From assembly GCA_964187785.1 (NCBI GenBank), contig OZ076418.1:45260001-45324000 (forward strand): DNA of 64,000 bases, given 5' to 3'. This stretch comes from Amphiscolops sp. MND2022 (lineage: Eukaryota). Below, one piece after another: positions 49,266-61,244 of this stretch; within the stretch, counting starts at the first letter, position 1; every line of letters begins with the position of its first letter. The position numbers and the translations under genes were made by a program. A model generated the notes under the pieces. The model did not search any database and was not told the DNA's origin. It saw nothing but the letters and a program-made list of their open reading frames with translations.

Positions 49266-50479
49266 CTCAATTTGGAAGCTGCCTCGAATGACAACTTCAA
49301 ATCTAATGCCCAGAAAACACATTTCAAATCTGCCTATGAGCCCTCGTATTGCGCAAACTAGCAAATACTTTCAAAATAGAAAGTATCTGATAATTTAAGA
49401 ATTAGAGAACCTATATCAAAGGAAATATAGGAATTATTAGATTGAGTGATACTCAATGCACTGCACGTTATTAGGAATGAACAACCAGTCAAACTGTCAA
49501 TTTCGTTGTCTTATCAAATGCTTATCAAATCCAACCGTAAGACAAACTTACGAATATAACTACGGTACTACACAAAAATGATTGTGCGTTAACTCTCCAT
49601 GAAGGTCAAACAGAACTCGGTAAATCCAGCCTAACGTACGTTTTCTCTGAGCAATGAATCTAGTTAAAACAATGGTAATGCGAATAATGAAAAATTATTG
49701 AGGAACAGTTGCCGCTTCTCTCCATTATAAGCAAAGTCACGTCATGTTTATGTCACTAAAATTAGCATTGACTTTGTTCTATTCTACTAATCTAACTGAT
49801 AAGAGAAAAGAATATTGTTAAAATTAATACCTCTAGTTCTCAACAGTAGTGAACTATATGCAATTGTTTAAATGCATCATATGTGAATTATTGTATTTTG
49901 AGTTTGTTTATCAACAACTATATTTTTAGTCGGCGCTTTTCGAAGAAAAACGCAGACTATAGTAGTGACATTTTTTTTAAGACCAACGAACTGACAGATT
50001 TTATAAATTTTATAAGTTGGCACTAAACCGGAACTAACACTAAACTGTGCCACACTACTTCACTGCCACTTGGCCACTACGGCTTTTTCGAGGTCTGACA
50101 AGCAAAATGACATGGGTTCGAGTCCCGCCATGACCAAAATTTTTTTGTGCAGGTTTGTTTTCGGCTTTGTGAGACTTTTTTTCGCAAATTTTTTTAATGT
50201 CTCCAGAGGGTCCCCCTTCATTTTTTTCCCATTTTTCCAAAGAATGGATGTTCAAAAACTCCCAAATGCCCCCTTTTACATTTGTCGGCACTATGCGACT
50301 TACCGAGGACCAAAAAAAATCAAAAAAAATTTCAAAAAAAAATTTAATTTTTTTTCTAGTTTTTTCTCACGTGGGTTTTGTAGAAGAGAATACCTGACAC
50401 ATTGAAGTCCTTTTGCTATTTTTGAGCCTTAGATATGGCGCCGACTTGGGCCGTTCCCGGCTTGTTTCTAACTGGTACG

Positions 50480-51038
50480 TAGACAGTTTGTAGGTTTGTA
50501 GACCGAATCTCGGTTGAGGTCATGGAAGTCGGAGTGAACCGAATATGACATTTCCCCCTATTCTTTTCTCGTGTAGTTTCTCTAGATTCCGCTCGGGGGG
50601 CCTGGTGATGTAATACCCTCCGGGAGGAAATCCGCTGGTTTTTGAATCACCTCCGGTTTGGGCGTTCCTTTGTGTCGGTTCCACATGGTACCTGTATTAT
50701 AGATAATGTTCATTAAACATTTTAATTTCACCCCCAGAATTTTCCCGTGTAGGGTATACTGCCGTATCTATTCGGACTTTTACTATCACGGTTGGATCGT
50801 CTTATTTGTGTTTTTAAATTCTCACCCGGTACCTCGCTGTCGGTGTGTAGCTGCAGCGTGTCTTCTTCCGGATTTGTCCGTATTGGCACATATCTCCCGT
50901 CTCTTTCGGATATGTCGTATACTGTTGGCGTTCCGGTTTCTTCCGGCAGTTCTTCATCGTCATCATCATCATCATCATCGGTGTCACTTTCTGCCCATTT
51001 TTTGTTTAGGACGATTTTTAGTTTACCGGTCAGGATGT
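50480..51038 (-). mobile_element. 3' fragment of a diverged relative of element 1 (pol tail, 3' region, PPT, partial LTR)
   Basis: Pol tail PNRYGSIPYTGKFWG* (stop 50728-30); PPT at 50551-62; LTR edge at 50550. Confidence 0.9.
50582..50691 (-). CDS. Putative small 3' exon/sORF, (G)TMWNRHKGTPKPEVIQKPADFLPEGITSPGPPSGI*
   Basis: Follows ataatacAG; same 110-nt length and frame as 6895-7004. Confidence 0.65.
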
Positions 51039-52133
51039 AGAGGTTTACGTCAACGCTACGTCATTTCTCCAACCAATCAAACAGAAATGTATAAATTAAT
51101 AATAGTTGTATGGCTATTAAAGCCCAAAAAAAGTACATTCGGCCTGCTGAGAAAGGAATTTCTAACCAATGAAATAATAACCATGAAACCATATTTTCTT
51201 CAATCGTAAGTTCATTTCTAGATAAAAGGCCGCAGCTCAACATTTTTTGTACTCCGTATAAACAGTTCTTACATACATATTTTGTTCTGACATGCATATA
51301 TTTGAACGATTTCAATTTCGATTCATTCAGTTTCTGTTTTTCGTGTTAAGGACTATCAATCTCGAAGTTTGAATTTCAGTATTCGGAAATCTTTTTTAAA
51401 ATGACTACCAGAAAACACAAGACAGAAACAGCTGTTTTGGAAACAAGAAATTGTTAGTTCTTCGATTTGTGATTTTCTCCAAATCCAAATTGTAGAAATA
51501 GGAGAATGCGGGACCCTCCAGTGAGATCATTCATGCCCCTAGGAGATCTGAATTTGAAAAACTGAAATAGTCTTTAACAGAATAAGTTTCTGCCGAGATC
51601 GAAACTTTGTTCACTCAGTCTCAGACGGCGTTAATCCAGGTTTTAAAATCAGGAAATAAGAAAAAGTTTGGGGATGTGACAGAAACCCCTAACTGTGACG
51701 CTCCGAGGGAGCAATCTACTCCAAGTAGGGTCATACGTTTTGAAGACGTTTGAAAACTACGGACCTTGCGAAGTTCGTAACACTTATATATTTTGTGTAT
51801 CTTAAAACTGAAACCAGAATACCCTTGAAAATTCTTAGGAACCATTTGATTTCAAGCGGAAACGTTAAAAAGGTGTGAAGTAGGTATTTTGAAACTTCTG
51901 CTCCCAGTGGTTTTGAATTAATTCTCCACAAAAATTACCGAAAGAAAAGAAGGTTATATAGCTTGGAAAGAGCAAACAAAAATTTTCATTTGGGGCACAC
52001 TTTCTCTTAAAAGGATTATTCCTGTTCTCCAGATTGGTCGCCTCATTCCACAGCCTTCTTTTAAATGACGTACTTAAAAAATACACCTATTCTTGCAATT
52101 CCACAAGATTTGTAGCAATTTTCGTCATTTCAG

Positions 52134-52250
52134 ATCCTTGTGTGACGGGACAACATCCTTGTCATCACAACGCAGAGTGCACTTTCGATGGGAGTTCTTG
52201 TTTGTGTGCTTGTAGATATCTGCAAGGGGGCGATGGCTTGTATTGCACAG
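52134..52250 (+). CDS. Secreted lectin-like gene, exon 2 (EGF-like domain)
   Basis: tttcAG, PCVTGQHPCHHNAEC..CLCAC..GDGLYCT, CAG|GT; 117 nt, phase 1-1. Confidence 0.85.
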
Positions 52251-52564
52251 GTACTATTTTTCCAACCAGGGTAAATTGAGGGGAAAACCAGGCTGGGATG
52301 TTCTTTTTCATCTCCAGTTTTGGCCGAATTTCCTTCCTAAACGCGAAATCATAGTTGTTGCATTTGTCGTGTGCGACTTATGGCGAATAAAAAGAAAGAA
52401 ACTTACTACGATAACTCAAAAAAAAATAAACTCAAAACTTGTAACATGTAGTTTTATCTTTTGTAACTTGCGCAGTTTTATCTTTGTTATTTTCTCACTC
52501 AGCTCTGAATTATGAACACGCTCGAACGTGTTCACTCCCTTTGTCCAGCGACGCTGGACACATC

Positions 52565-52780
52565 CCATATTTGGTCATGACGTCAAATGACATCATTTTC
52601 TCGTGGATGCTTCGCCCACGAAATACACATACAAAATGATCTCGTTTGTCAGATCAAATGACTTGACGTCATATGACGTCATGCTCGTCAGCCAATCACA
52701 GTAGTGATTCAATTTTATTGGTTGACGAAGCGGTCAAATTTAGTATAAAAGCAGACCAAATTTTCACCTCTCAGAGTTCT
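52565..52780 (+). promoter_or_regulatory. Pol II promoter-like cluster
   Basis: CArG CCATATTTGG 52565-74; TGACGTCA at 52578, 52664 and 52674; CCAAT 52692; ATTGG 52717; TATAAAA 52744-50; Inr-like TCAGAGT ~28 nt downstream. Confidence 0.65.
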
Positions 52781-53050
52781 TCCTTTGGCAAAATACTAAA
52801 TTGATAAATCACTCATCTTCAACTCTACAATCTCCGTTCACGGGTTCAATCCCCATCTTCAGCGCGGCGCAAAATTTGTTAGTTAAACCTTTTCAATTTT
52901 CTTTTTGGAGCTTTCATTTTTCTAAGATATTTTCTTAACTTTAACTTTAATTCATTTAGTCTTTGTGCTTTTTGTCTAAGTTTTCAATCTTCTTCTTAAC
53001 TTAAACTTTTATCAATAGTTCTTAAAGTTTTACAAGTTTTGACTCAGTCT

Positions 53051-53450
53051 TGTCTGAGACGATTTTCGACACTGCTTCAAGTAAAACAAGTCTATCTTAA
53101 ACTTTCGTCAAGCCTGCTTTCTAGTTAAAGCAAATTTGTCTTAGACGATTTTCAACGCTGCTTCAAGTGAAGCAAATTTAGCTTAAACTTTTTTCAAGCC
53201 TGCTTTCTAGTTGAAGCAAATTTGTCTTAGACTATTTCCAACCTGCTTTAAGTAAAGCATTTTTATCTTAAAATATTTCCGAGCCAAAACAAGTTAAATC
53301 TTAAGCTTTTAAACTCTGCTTTAATATTGAAGCAATTTAAATCTTTAACTATTTTCGAATCTGCCTTCAAGTAAAGGCAAGCTAAGTTTTAGTCTTATAT
53401 TATTTTCAATCTAAAACAACACAAAAATCTGCTTTCATCGTTAAAGCAAA
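53051..53450 (+). repeat. Tandem repeat (86-bp dimer of ~43-bp units), each unit with a TGCTTT/AAAGCA-type hairpin
   Basis: 86-bp periods start at 53051, 53137 and 53223; hairpins at 53073, 53115, 53159, 53201, 53244, 53317, 53362 and 53430. Confidence 0.85.
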
Positions 53451-55419
53451 TCTTCTCTTACGTTGGAGTTTTAATTGACTTTTGACTTCGAACAGAAGCT
53501 ATAATACCGTCTTTGTTTAACAAAGATTGAATAGTCTCTGCTTTATAATAGACTCTAAACCAAAGTCTGGTAGATATACTGACTCTAAACCAAGAACCAC
53601 AGCTTCAGCTGGGTTATAGGAGACTTAAATAACTTAGTTTTTGTTTGACTCTTCAAGTCAAACTGTTCTCAATTGGAGACAAAGAGTAGCCGTATAGCAC
53701 TCTATAAAACCAGTACAACAATCTGTTGTTCTTTAATCAAGAGAAGCAAGTAGCTCTCTTTTCAGTCCGTGACAATCAGTGGACTATAAACACATTGCAA
53801 GCTATCGCTGCATCTTATAAAGAGGCTTCACCTCTTGATCTGGTAAAAAAATAAAAACAACTTAATAACTAATTCTTTTTCTAACAACTTATCTCTTATT
53901 ATTCAAAGATAGATTTCAAGTTTGATTTAATTATATTCCTTTGTTTATGCTTATTTGTGCACTTTACTTTTGTATGAGTGACATTTATTACAACTTTAAT
54001 ATAAACAAAGAAAGGTTCAATTTACATATTCTTAGACGAAAATACACTTTTCTCCCGGGTCATAGAAATAAAGTCCTTCCATCCGAACTCACACCTGAGA
54101 CAACCTTTGCTGAAGTGTAGGAAGGCACAGTCGCGAAAATTTTAAGTACGAGACTACTTTTAGATTTGGAATTAGAAATTAGACGAGAAGTGAACTAAGA
54201 GTTCACAAATTAGACTATAATTGAGACTTATAATTATTCTTGATCGAACTCACATAATTTTTTCAGAAAGTAAATCGAAAGTGAATTGAGAATTATATTT
54301 CTTTTCTTGATTAAACTCGTACACAAAAATCACCAGCGCAAAGCGCATGCATCAAAAATCTAAATAAGAAAAACTATTTTCAACCGAACACTTCACACAT
54401 TGAAATTGCTTCCAAGGTGAAAATTTTTCCAACAGTTTTTGCCAATAGCTACTAGAAGTTTTTGGAAAGCTAGAAAGTACTTTCCAATTGGCGTAGAGGT
54501 TAATTTGCGTTTCTCAACCTGTTGATGCATTCTGGGAAGCAGTAGAACGTGGGTCTCATTCCCACCCAAGACCAATGTTTTTTCGGCACTGTGTAGCATA
54601 CCTGGACAACAAATTGAAGCCAGAATGAACAGAATTACCCATCCTAAAAAGCGGGTTTTTTCTGGAAGGAAGTCGCAAACATAAGAGAAAGTTTTAATAC
54701 TTCAATCCAATTTTCGTAAGATATTTTTTCCAAATATCCTTAGAGACTCATATCCAAATGAACTCCAAGGTATTTTTAAAATTCTTTCTGTTTTATGAAA
54801 TGACCTCCAACATTTAACGTAGCGTTTTTGATTGAATTGTTTTTGACAGGTTACAGAAAACAATGAACTGTGTCTCGTCAGCATTTTTATTGAGACGGTG
54901 GGTTGCGAAAGTATCAGAAGGTTCTTTTATGCCTTTCTGCAGGTAATCAACGCCAGTTTCAATGTCAAACAATTAAGGTTGGAATGTGTTTTTTTCAAAC
55001 GGTCAGTTAGCGAAAAATTTGAAAACATTCACAGTGTCACTGCGCCTCTTGTTGATATTCGTGAGACAGTTGCGACATTAGGTTTCTATTACGAAATCGC
55101 CTTAAAATTCCTTTTTCGTGAAATTTTACGATTTGTTTTTCAGGTCATCGCAAAATTAACCCGTCGGCTTTTGACAACATCGCAGCTGCAAATATCTCTG
55201 AAGAAGGTTAGTTTGATAGGTTTTTTGTGATCTACACTTTTTAGTAATCAAACATTCATTGGTCTCATCAACTGACTCCCCAAATTTTTCAGGCATATGA
55301 TAACTTTTTGAAGGACAGACAAACTTTTATCATGAAATGATTATGTACGAATACTGACACTAATGTTGACAACCCATTTAGTTCCATGCATGATTCTGAT
55401 AAATAAAAGCATTGTTCAT

Positions 55420-55779
55420 CAGAGTTTTGACATCGCTAATCAGCGATTTAGCGAATTAGCGGCCGCGCAGGAATTTTTCAGCGATTTCATTAGCGATTCA
55501 AATTTGCGGTAACTAACTGACCCTCCAAATTCAAAGTTTCTTCTGTGTATAGACGGTGTTTCAAAATGAATTTCGGAAAAATTCCAACCCTTACCCTTGT
55601 AAAACACGCACAGTATAAAAAATTCTAGTCTTTTTTCTTCCAAAAACCGAATAAGTTAATTTGAAACATAGTTGAAGCTAAACATTTAATAGTTTGCAGA
55701 AAAAGCTTTTCAGCAAAATAGCGATTTTCAAATTAGCGGTTTAGCGATTAGCGGAAGAAATTAGCGATGTCAAACCCTG
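55420..55779. mobile_element. MITE with CAG.. TIRs and a 5-bp TSD
   Basis: cagagttttgacatcgctaat / attagcgatgtcaaaccctg; TTCAT on both sides (55415-19, 55780-84); subterminal tagcga repeats. Confidence 0.75.
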
Positions 55780-55995
55780 TTCATATACATGGCACTGCTG
55801 TTTTCGTTATGGAATTATATGGTCAATGCATGGATTTCAAAATATACAAAAACCTCACAGCAAATTCTCCCGGAAAAAATAGCAAGCCTATCAGAGATAC
55901 ATGAAAACAAGCTTTCCTGTCACTAGGTTTCAACCGTAGCAACGTCGGGGGAGATTCAAAACTCAGAGTTTCAGTCGGAATTCTGTTAAAATCTA

Positions 55996-56227
55996 CCCAG
56001 CGATCGAAGACACGCTACGCTTGCCAAGATCATGGTAATCTTGGTAAATCATAGTTAACCATGGTACCCTTGTCAAGATCATGGTAGAACATGGTACGCT
56101 CGGCTCGATCTTGCAAAATCATGGTATCCTTGGCAAGATCTTGGTAAGATCATGGTGAGATCTTTGCAAGGCCAGCTTGCGACTTACCATGGTTCTTGGC
56201 AAGCGTACCAAGTCTTCGATCGCTGGG
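55996..56227. mobile_element. MITE with CCCAG termini and TA TSD (possibly CMC/EnSpm-derived)
   Basis: Perfect 16-bp TIR cccagcgatcgaagac, extending imperfectly to ~48 bp; TA flanks; internal catggt/cttgcaag repeats. Confidence 0.85.
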
Positions 56228-56835
56228 TAACCACTTCCAAATGGTTACACATCTCTCCGTCGATTCCTGTTGATTACACAAGCAGAATTGTGCGAAGCGT
56301 TACCAAAATCATAGGAGTTGGATGTGAAATCTTCACAACACGTTCGATTCATAACAATAGATGGTAAAATTGCTGTCCGAAAGAGTCAATTGCTTTCGTA
56401 GAAGAATCTTGGATTAATTTTTTCCAAATAAAGCGAAATAAATGGCAGAGCGACTGTGTCTCTTGCTTGCAACTTTTTCAATAGCAAAATCCCGCCGCAA
56501 TCTACCGACAAAAGTCAGCTACCTAATCCGGTTATTTGATCGATTGGTGGATTCCCAAATAGCATAAAAACTAAATTAGTTTCATATAACATAAAAATAA
56601 AATTGTTTACGAGAAAGTTTTAGTGGTCAAAAGCATTCACAATTCCCTGAAAAATTATAAAAATTACAGATGAAATTTTGTGAGTTCGATTGTTAAACTG
56701 GGTTTTTGGTTTCATTTTTATGTTATGTGAAACTAATTTCATTTTTATGGTAAATGGGACTAATTTGGTTTTAATGTTATTTGCTCTTGTTATTTGGTAC
56801 GTAATCGATCGATTGAATGAGATATAATGTTTTAG

Positions 56836-57036
56836 CGGAATCTTTGCTGAACATTTTGGTAGATGGAGGTGCTGATCATGGCATTGAAACCGAAGTAAAT
56901 CAAACAAATGGAAACAAGAACGGCGTTCCAATTGAGGCCTTTGGGAATGCCACGTTTTGGCACATCAACATAACAATGAAGCACAGACATTTCATAGAAG
57001 CTGTCGGTATATTCAACCAACACTCAGATTCATCAA
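56836..57036 (+). CDS. Secreted lectin-like gene, exon 3 (first half of an F5/8C-fucolectin-like domain)
   Basis: ttttAG, (A)ESLLNILVDG...ATFWHINIT..FIEAVGIFNQ, CAA|GTAAT; 201 nt, phase 1-1. Confidence 0.8.
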
Positions 57037-60000
57037 GTAATCTTTTATTTTTTTCCTTCACAAATCTATTCTATATTTAACAAAAAAGTTTCCTGCGAGA
57101 CCATGGAAAAAGAACCGAATCTTTTCTTTCCAAAGGTACGAAGATGAAATAGACCGACCACCATATAAAATGTTGGAATCTTTACCATTTTACATGACAA
57201 ATGTTCGTCCCCTTTTGCCCTTTAATTGCATTTTAACTCACTTACTTATATTGTTTACGCTTCCTCTTGAAATATAAGTATACTTTTATTATTTTCCGCT
57301 CATATTCCATATGGTAAAGGAAAATATTTAAATCAAGCGGTTTTTAAACCAAATTTGTCAAGCACCAAAATTATATTCAACTCACAAATTTAGCTTCGTG
57401 CGACATGTATTTGTGAAAGGTTTTTGGGAAATTTGGAAATGACCCCATAATGACGGAAAATGACCCCAAAAGTCACAAAAATTCAAAAATTTCCCGATTT
57501 TTAACGTTTTTCATGCAATTTTTGCCACATCTTCGATAAATTGGTGGTAAGGATGATGTTCAAAACGTTCAACAAGGGAAGATATCGTTGTCCAATAGTC
57601 TTTTATGAAGAAATAAGGGCGGTTTTTTAAAGGAAAAATGACCCAATAACCTGACAAAAAATTCAAAACTTCCCGATTTATATCGTTTTTATGCAATTTT
57701 TGTCAAAGTTTTGATAGACATTAAGAAATACAACTGAGAAAAAACATCCTAAATGACCTCAAAAATCACAAAATTCAAAAATATTCCGAATTTTAACGAT
57801 TTTATACGATTTCTACGAAATTTCGATAGACATCGTGGATTAAAATGTTGAAAACGTTCAACAAGGCAAGAAATTCATGTCAAGTAGACATTTATGAAGA
57901 GATAGTTGCGTTTTTTGAGAAGAAAATGACCCAAAAGTACTTTCTGAATTGTTTTGGAGTCAGAATGCTGGAAAACGTTCAAAAACAACTGAACTCAAAA
58001 TCCACTAATTTTTTTAAAGACATATTTGCGGACTTCCGTTGGAGAAGGGCTCGAAAGTGACAGCAAAAGGTCGAAAACGTCAAAATTTTTGGTTGATTTT
58101 TCACTTGAGATTAGAAAATTTTGGCAAGATAAAAGCTCAGAAAAGACCCAGGTGATATATGTAGGTGCACAGTTTGGTTTTCAAAAATAACCTTGCATTT
58201 TTCAGGGATGAAAGTTTCCTCAGAATGACCCAAAGTATGCGGGAAACTCGAAATTTTTGTTTTTAATGCTTTATTGGATTTTTTTGTAGAATTTTTGAGC
58301 AACTTCCTGGCATAAATTGGTTCGAAAACTCAGCAACGTCAATTTTTGGTGTTCAGTAGGCGTGTTTGAAGATATAAAAAGTCACCGCATTTTAAAAAAC
58401 CACAAAAAACACGTTTTTTGACACATTAATCCCAATTTTTGTCCAAACAACAAAACGTTTTGTAGAAAAGAACTTTCATTGAACTGAACGTTGAAGCAAT
58501 GGCGTATTCAAAACGCAATTTGTGAAAGAAAGTGGGGCAAAACTGCTCCAATTTGACAACAGAGGTGCCAAATTTACTTTTATCAGAAAACACTTAGGAT
58601 CAGGATTGAAACTTGTAGCTCCCGGTAGTGTTTCGAAGAGATATCGGACAAGTTTATTTGCACAACTGCTAAAAAACTTCACTCGAAAACTTTATTTTGA
58701 AACTTTTCTGTTAAGTATTGAATTTTCAAAAAACTTCCAGCAGAATCACTAGGTATGGGGTACGCCTTTCAAAAGAAATTGTTTTTGCAGTTCCCCACGT
58801 AGGAAGTAACATGAGAATGACCCGGAAATCAGGAACACTTTGACGTTTTGTAGCAATTTGTTTTTGAAATTTTTCGGTCTGTTTGTTGGTTAGAATAGTA
58901 AAAACATTCAACAACAACTAAACTTGGTTTCTTTTAGCCTTTCTAGAAGAAAAATCTGTATTTTACTTTTGGAAAAATTAGTCAAATTGACCTCAAAACT
59001 GTCAAAAATATCGAACTTTGACACTTCTTGCGACGTTACGTGCAATAATATTTCAAGCAGGACCGACCCAGGTTGGCACCTCGCTCAATTTTCCTAAACT
59101 TGAAAAAAACTAAATTCAAATTTTTACCTTTTTTGTCAGTGCCAAAAAGTACCCCAAGAAACACGCCTGAGACTCGGAAACTATTTTTCCCCAACAGAAA
59201 AGGACATTTTTTGAATTTTTTCTGAAAAAGTCCCTCAGTGCCAAAAAACGTTTCAGCTCGCAAAACTATTTTTTCTCAAGACAAAATCAGCTTTGAAGTG
59301 AGGGGTACCCTTCGATCTTCGATCAGATGAATGTTTCCGAAGAACACACAGAGGCGAAAAAAACCTGAAAAGAGGTTTTTTCCACAATCATTCAGAAACT
59401 CATCAGTTGCAGAGGATCAAAAAACAACGAAGAGTTAACACTCAAGACTCGGAAAACATATTTTTCCTTTACAGAAATCCTCCAAAAAGAAAATTGCGAG
59501 AAACATGTTTCGAAAATTGTTTTCTGATTTTTTTTCAAAAACTTTCTCTAAACTCTGTAAGTCGCAGAGTGCCAAAAAAACTCGAAACGTTGCCAGCTAT
59601 GCTTGGAAAACGCTGTGGTTTCTGCTGAAAAACGAGGGAGGGAGTTTTTGATTGCAAAAAATTGCAAAACAAAGTCGCATAGTCTTGAAGAAGTTCTAAA
59701 GGAGGACCCTCCGGTCTTCCCTACTTTTCCAACATAATAATTTTTTTGGTTGAGTGCGAGATTAGCTTCTAACACTGCAGGAAATCCGCGTTAACCACTA
59801 GGTCAAGTGGCAGTGGAAATTTACTTGAAAAGTTGAAGAACTTTTCGCGTTAACTCAGGTGATATCGAAAAAAATACTGACGAAAAGCCATGACTGTAGT
59901 CGCTCTTTCCTGACGAGAAGCGGCGACTGATAATTTGGTACGTTAGATACGTGTATCCACAAAGTTCAACAACAAAACAATTTGATCTTGAACCGCAAAT

Positions 60001-60283
60001 TTATGTCGTTGTAGAACAATTTGTGGCGGAAATTTTCTCGCTGCTCAGCGGGCGAACCCCAGAAATCAAAGAAGATTGTAAAATTGGTGACAAATGATAG
60101 AGTTTTGATCTGCCTAAATGAAGTTTGTCGAATCATTCCAAAAGTTTTTTTTACCCAGCAATCTTTTGTAAAACTTACATTTGAAAAGCCCTTCGAAATC
60201 CGAATTTTGGTCATATAATTTTCCTATAATTTGCAAACAATTTCTTGATGCTTCTTCTTTTAAACCAGCATTTTGTGTTACAG

Positions 60284-60505
60284 CAAACTTGGACTCTGTC
60301 AATATCAGCGTATTAGTTTGTGACTGGTTTTGGTGTGAAGAATGCGATCTGGTGTCTGACAGTTTTCTTTTGAGCGGGAAGACTGATAGGAGTTTTGTCA
60401 CCTGTGGATTCATTGGTTTCATCATCAAAATCCAATTTACAACAAATACTGAAGGAAACTCGACTGTTTCGAAGATACGCAACGTGGCAGTTTATGGTCA
60501 AGCAG
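60284..60505 (+). CDS. Secreted lectin-like gene, exon 4 (second half of the domain)
   Basis: gttacAG, NLDSVNISVLVC..TCGFIG.IIKIQF..IRNVAVYGQA, CAG|GTTAG; 222 nt, phase 1-1. Confidence 0.8.
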
Positions 60506-61244
60506 GTTAGAGTTATTGTTATATTCTAAAATCTAATTTGGGAAGAAACAAATATTGTAAAATAAGAGTCCCTTTTTAAACACAACTGTATAGTATCAAA
60601 CTATATCATAACAATGTATACTAAATGTAGTTCTTCGTTCAAGTTTGTTTGTCAACGATTTGCTAGACCGAAGCTCGGTAAAGTTCAAACGGATAAGCCG
60701 TGTGACAATCATAGTCAAAAGCTTTTAGTTTTTTGAAGAATCAAAACCCCTGTTTGGCAGTCAATCGCAGTCCACGGGTGGACTTTCGAGATGGCAGGTT
60801 TACTCCCAATTAGCAATGTTAACCTAATTAAACCTAATTAAACTAATCAACCTAGTTAAACCTAATTAGAAATGTCAACAAGGTATCCACGTTGAAAACA
60901 CAGGTGACCGAGCGTTGGAAACACTACACGTTTTTTCGAAGCCTGTTAAGTCTCAGAACGAGAAATAAAATTTTCAAACTACTTTCCAGATGTTTTTCAG
61001 AAAATATGGAAGACTTATATCACAGTAACAAGATTTCTAGTACCAGTTGTATTAGTAACACTGTTTCCTATAGCAAGTTCACTGAATTTCTGTTAAAATT
61101 CGGTAATGATTTTGTTTTTTTTTCATCATACATTTGCTCCATCCTTCAATTTCGGAAGCTGTTTTTGAAACGTTTTTGTTTGTGAACTTAATACTAACAA
61201 ATTCCGCATAAAAATATGAGTTGTGTTTTTAGTGCATCCTGTAG

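Larger units (their letters stand above)
52513..54019 (+). other. Non-coding solo-LTR-like unit with promoter and stem-loop array
   Basis: Termini TGAAC..GTTCA; flanks aatta/attta (one mismatch); no ORF of 60 aa or more in the track; AT-rich 3' end. Confidence 0.5.

Noticed and set aside
53051-53450. CRISPR array
   Set aside because: Eukaryotic context, no cas genes; linkers are homologous degenerate repeats rather than unique spacers.
57440-57960. Three degenerate AT-rich repeat copies (related to ~46870-46990)
   Set aside because: Looks like ordinary internal sequence of a non-autonomous DNA transposon; no conserved structure seen.
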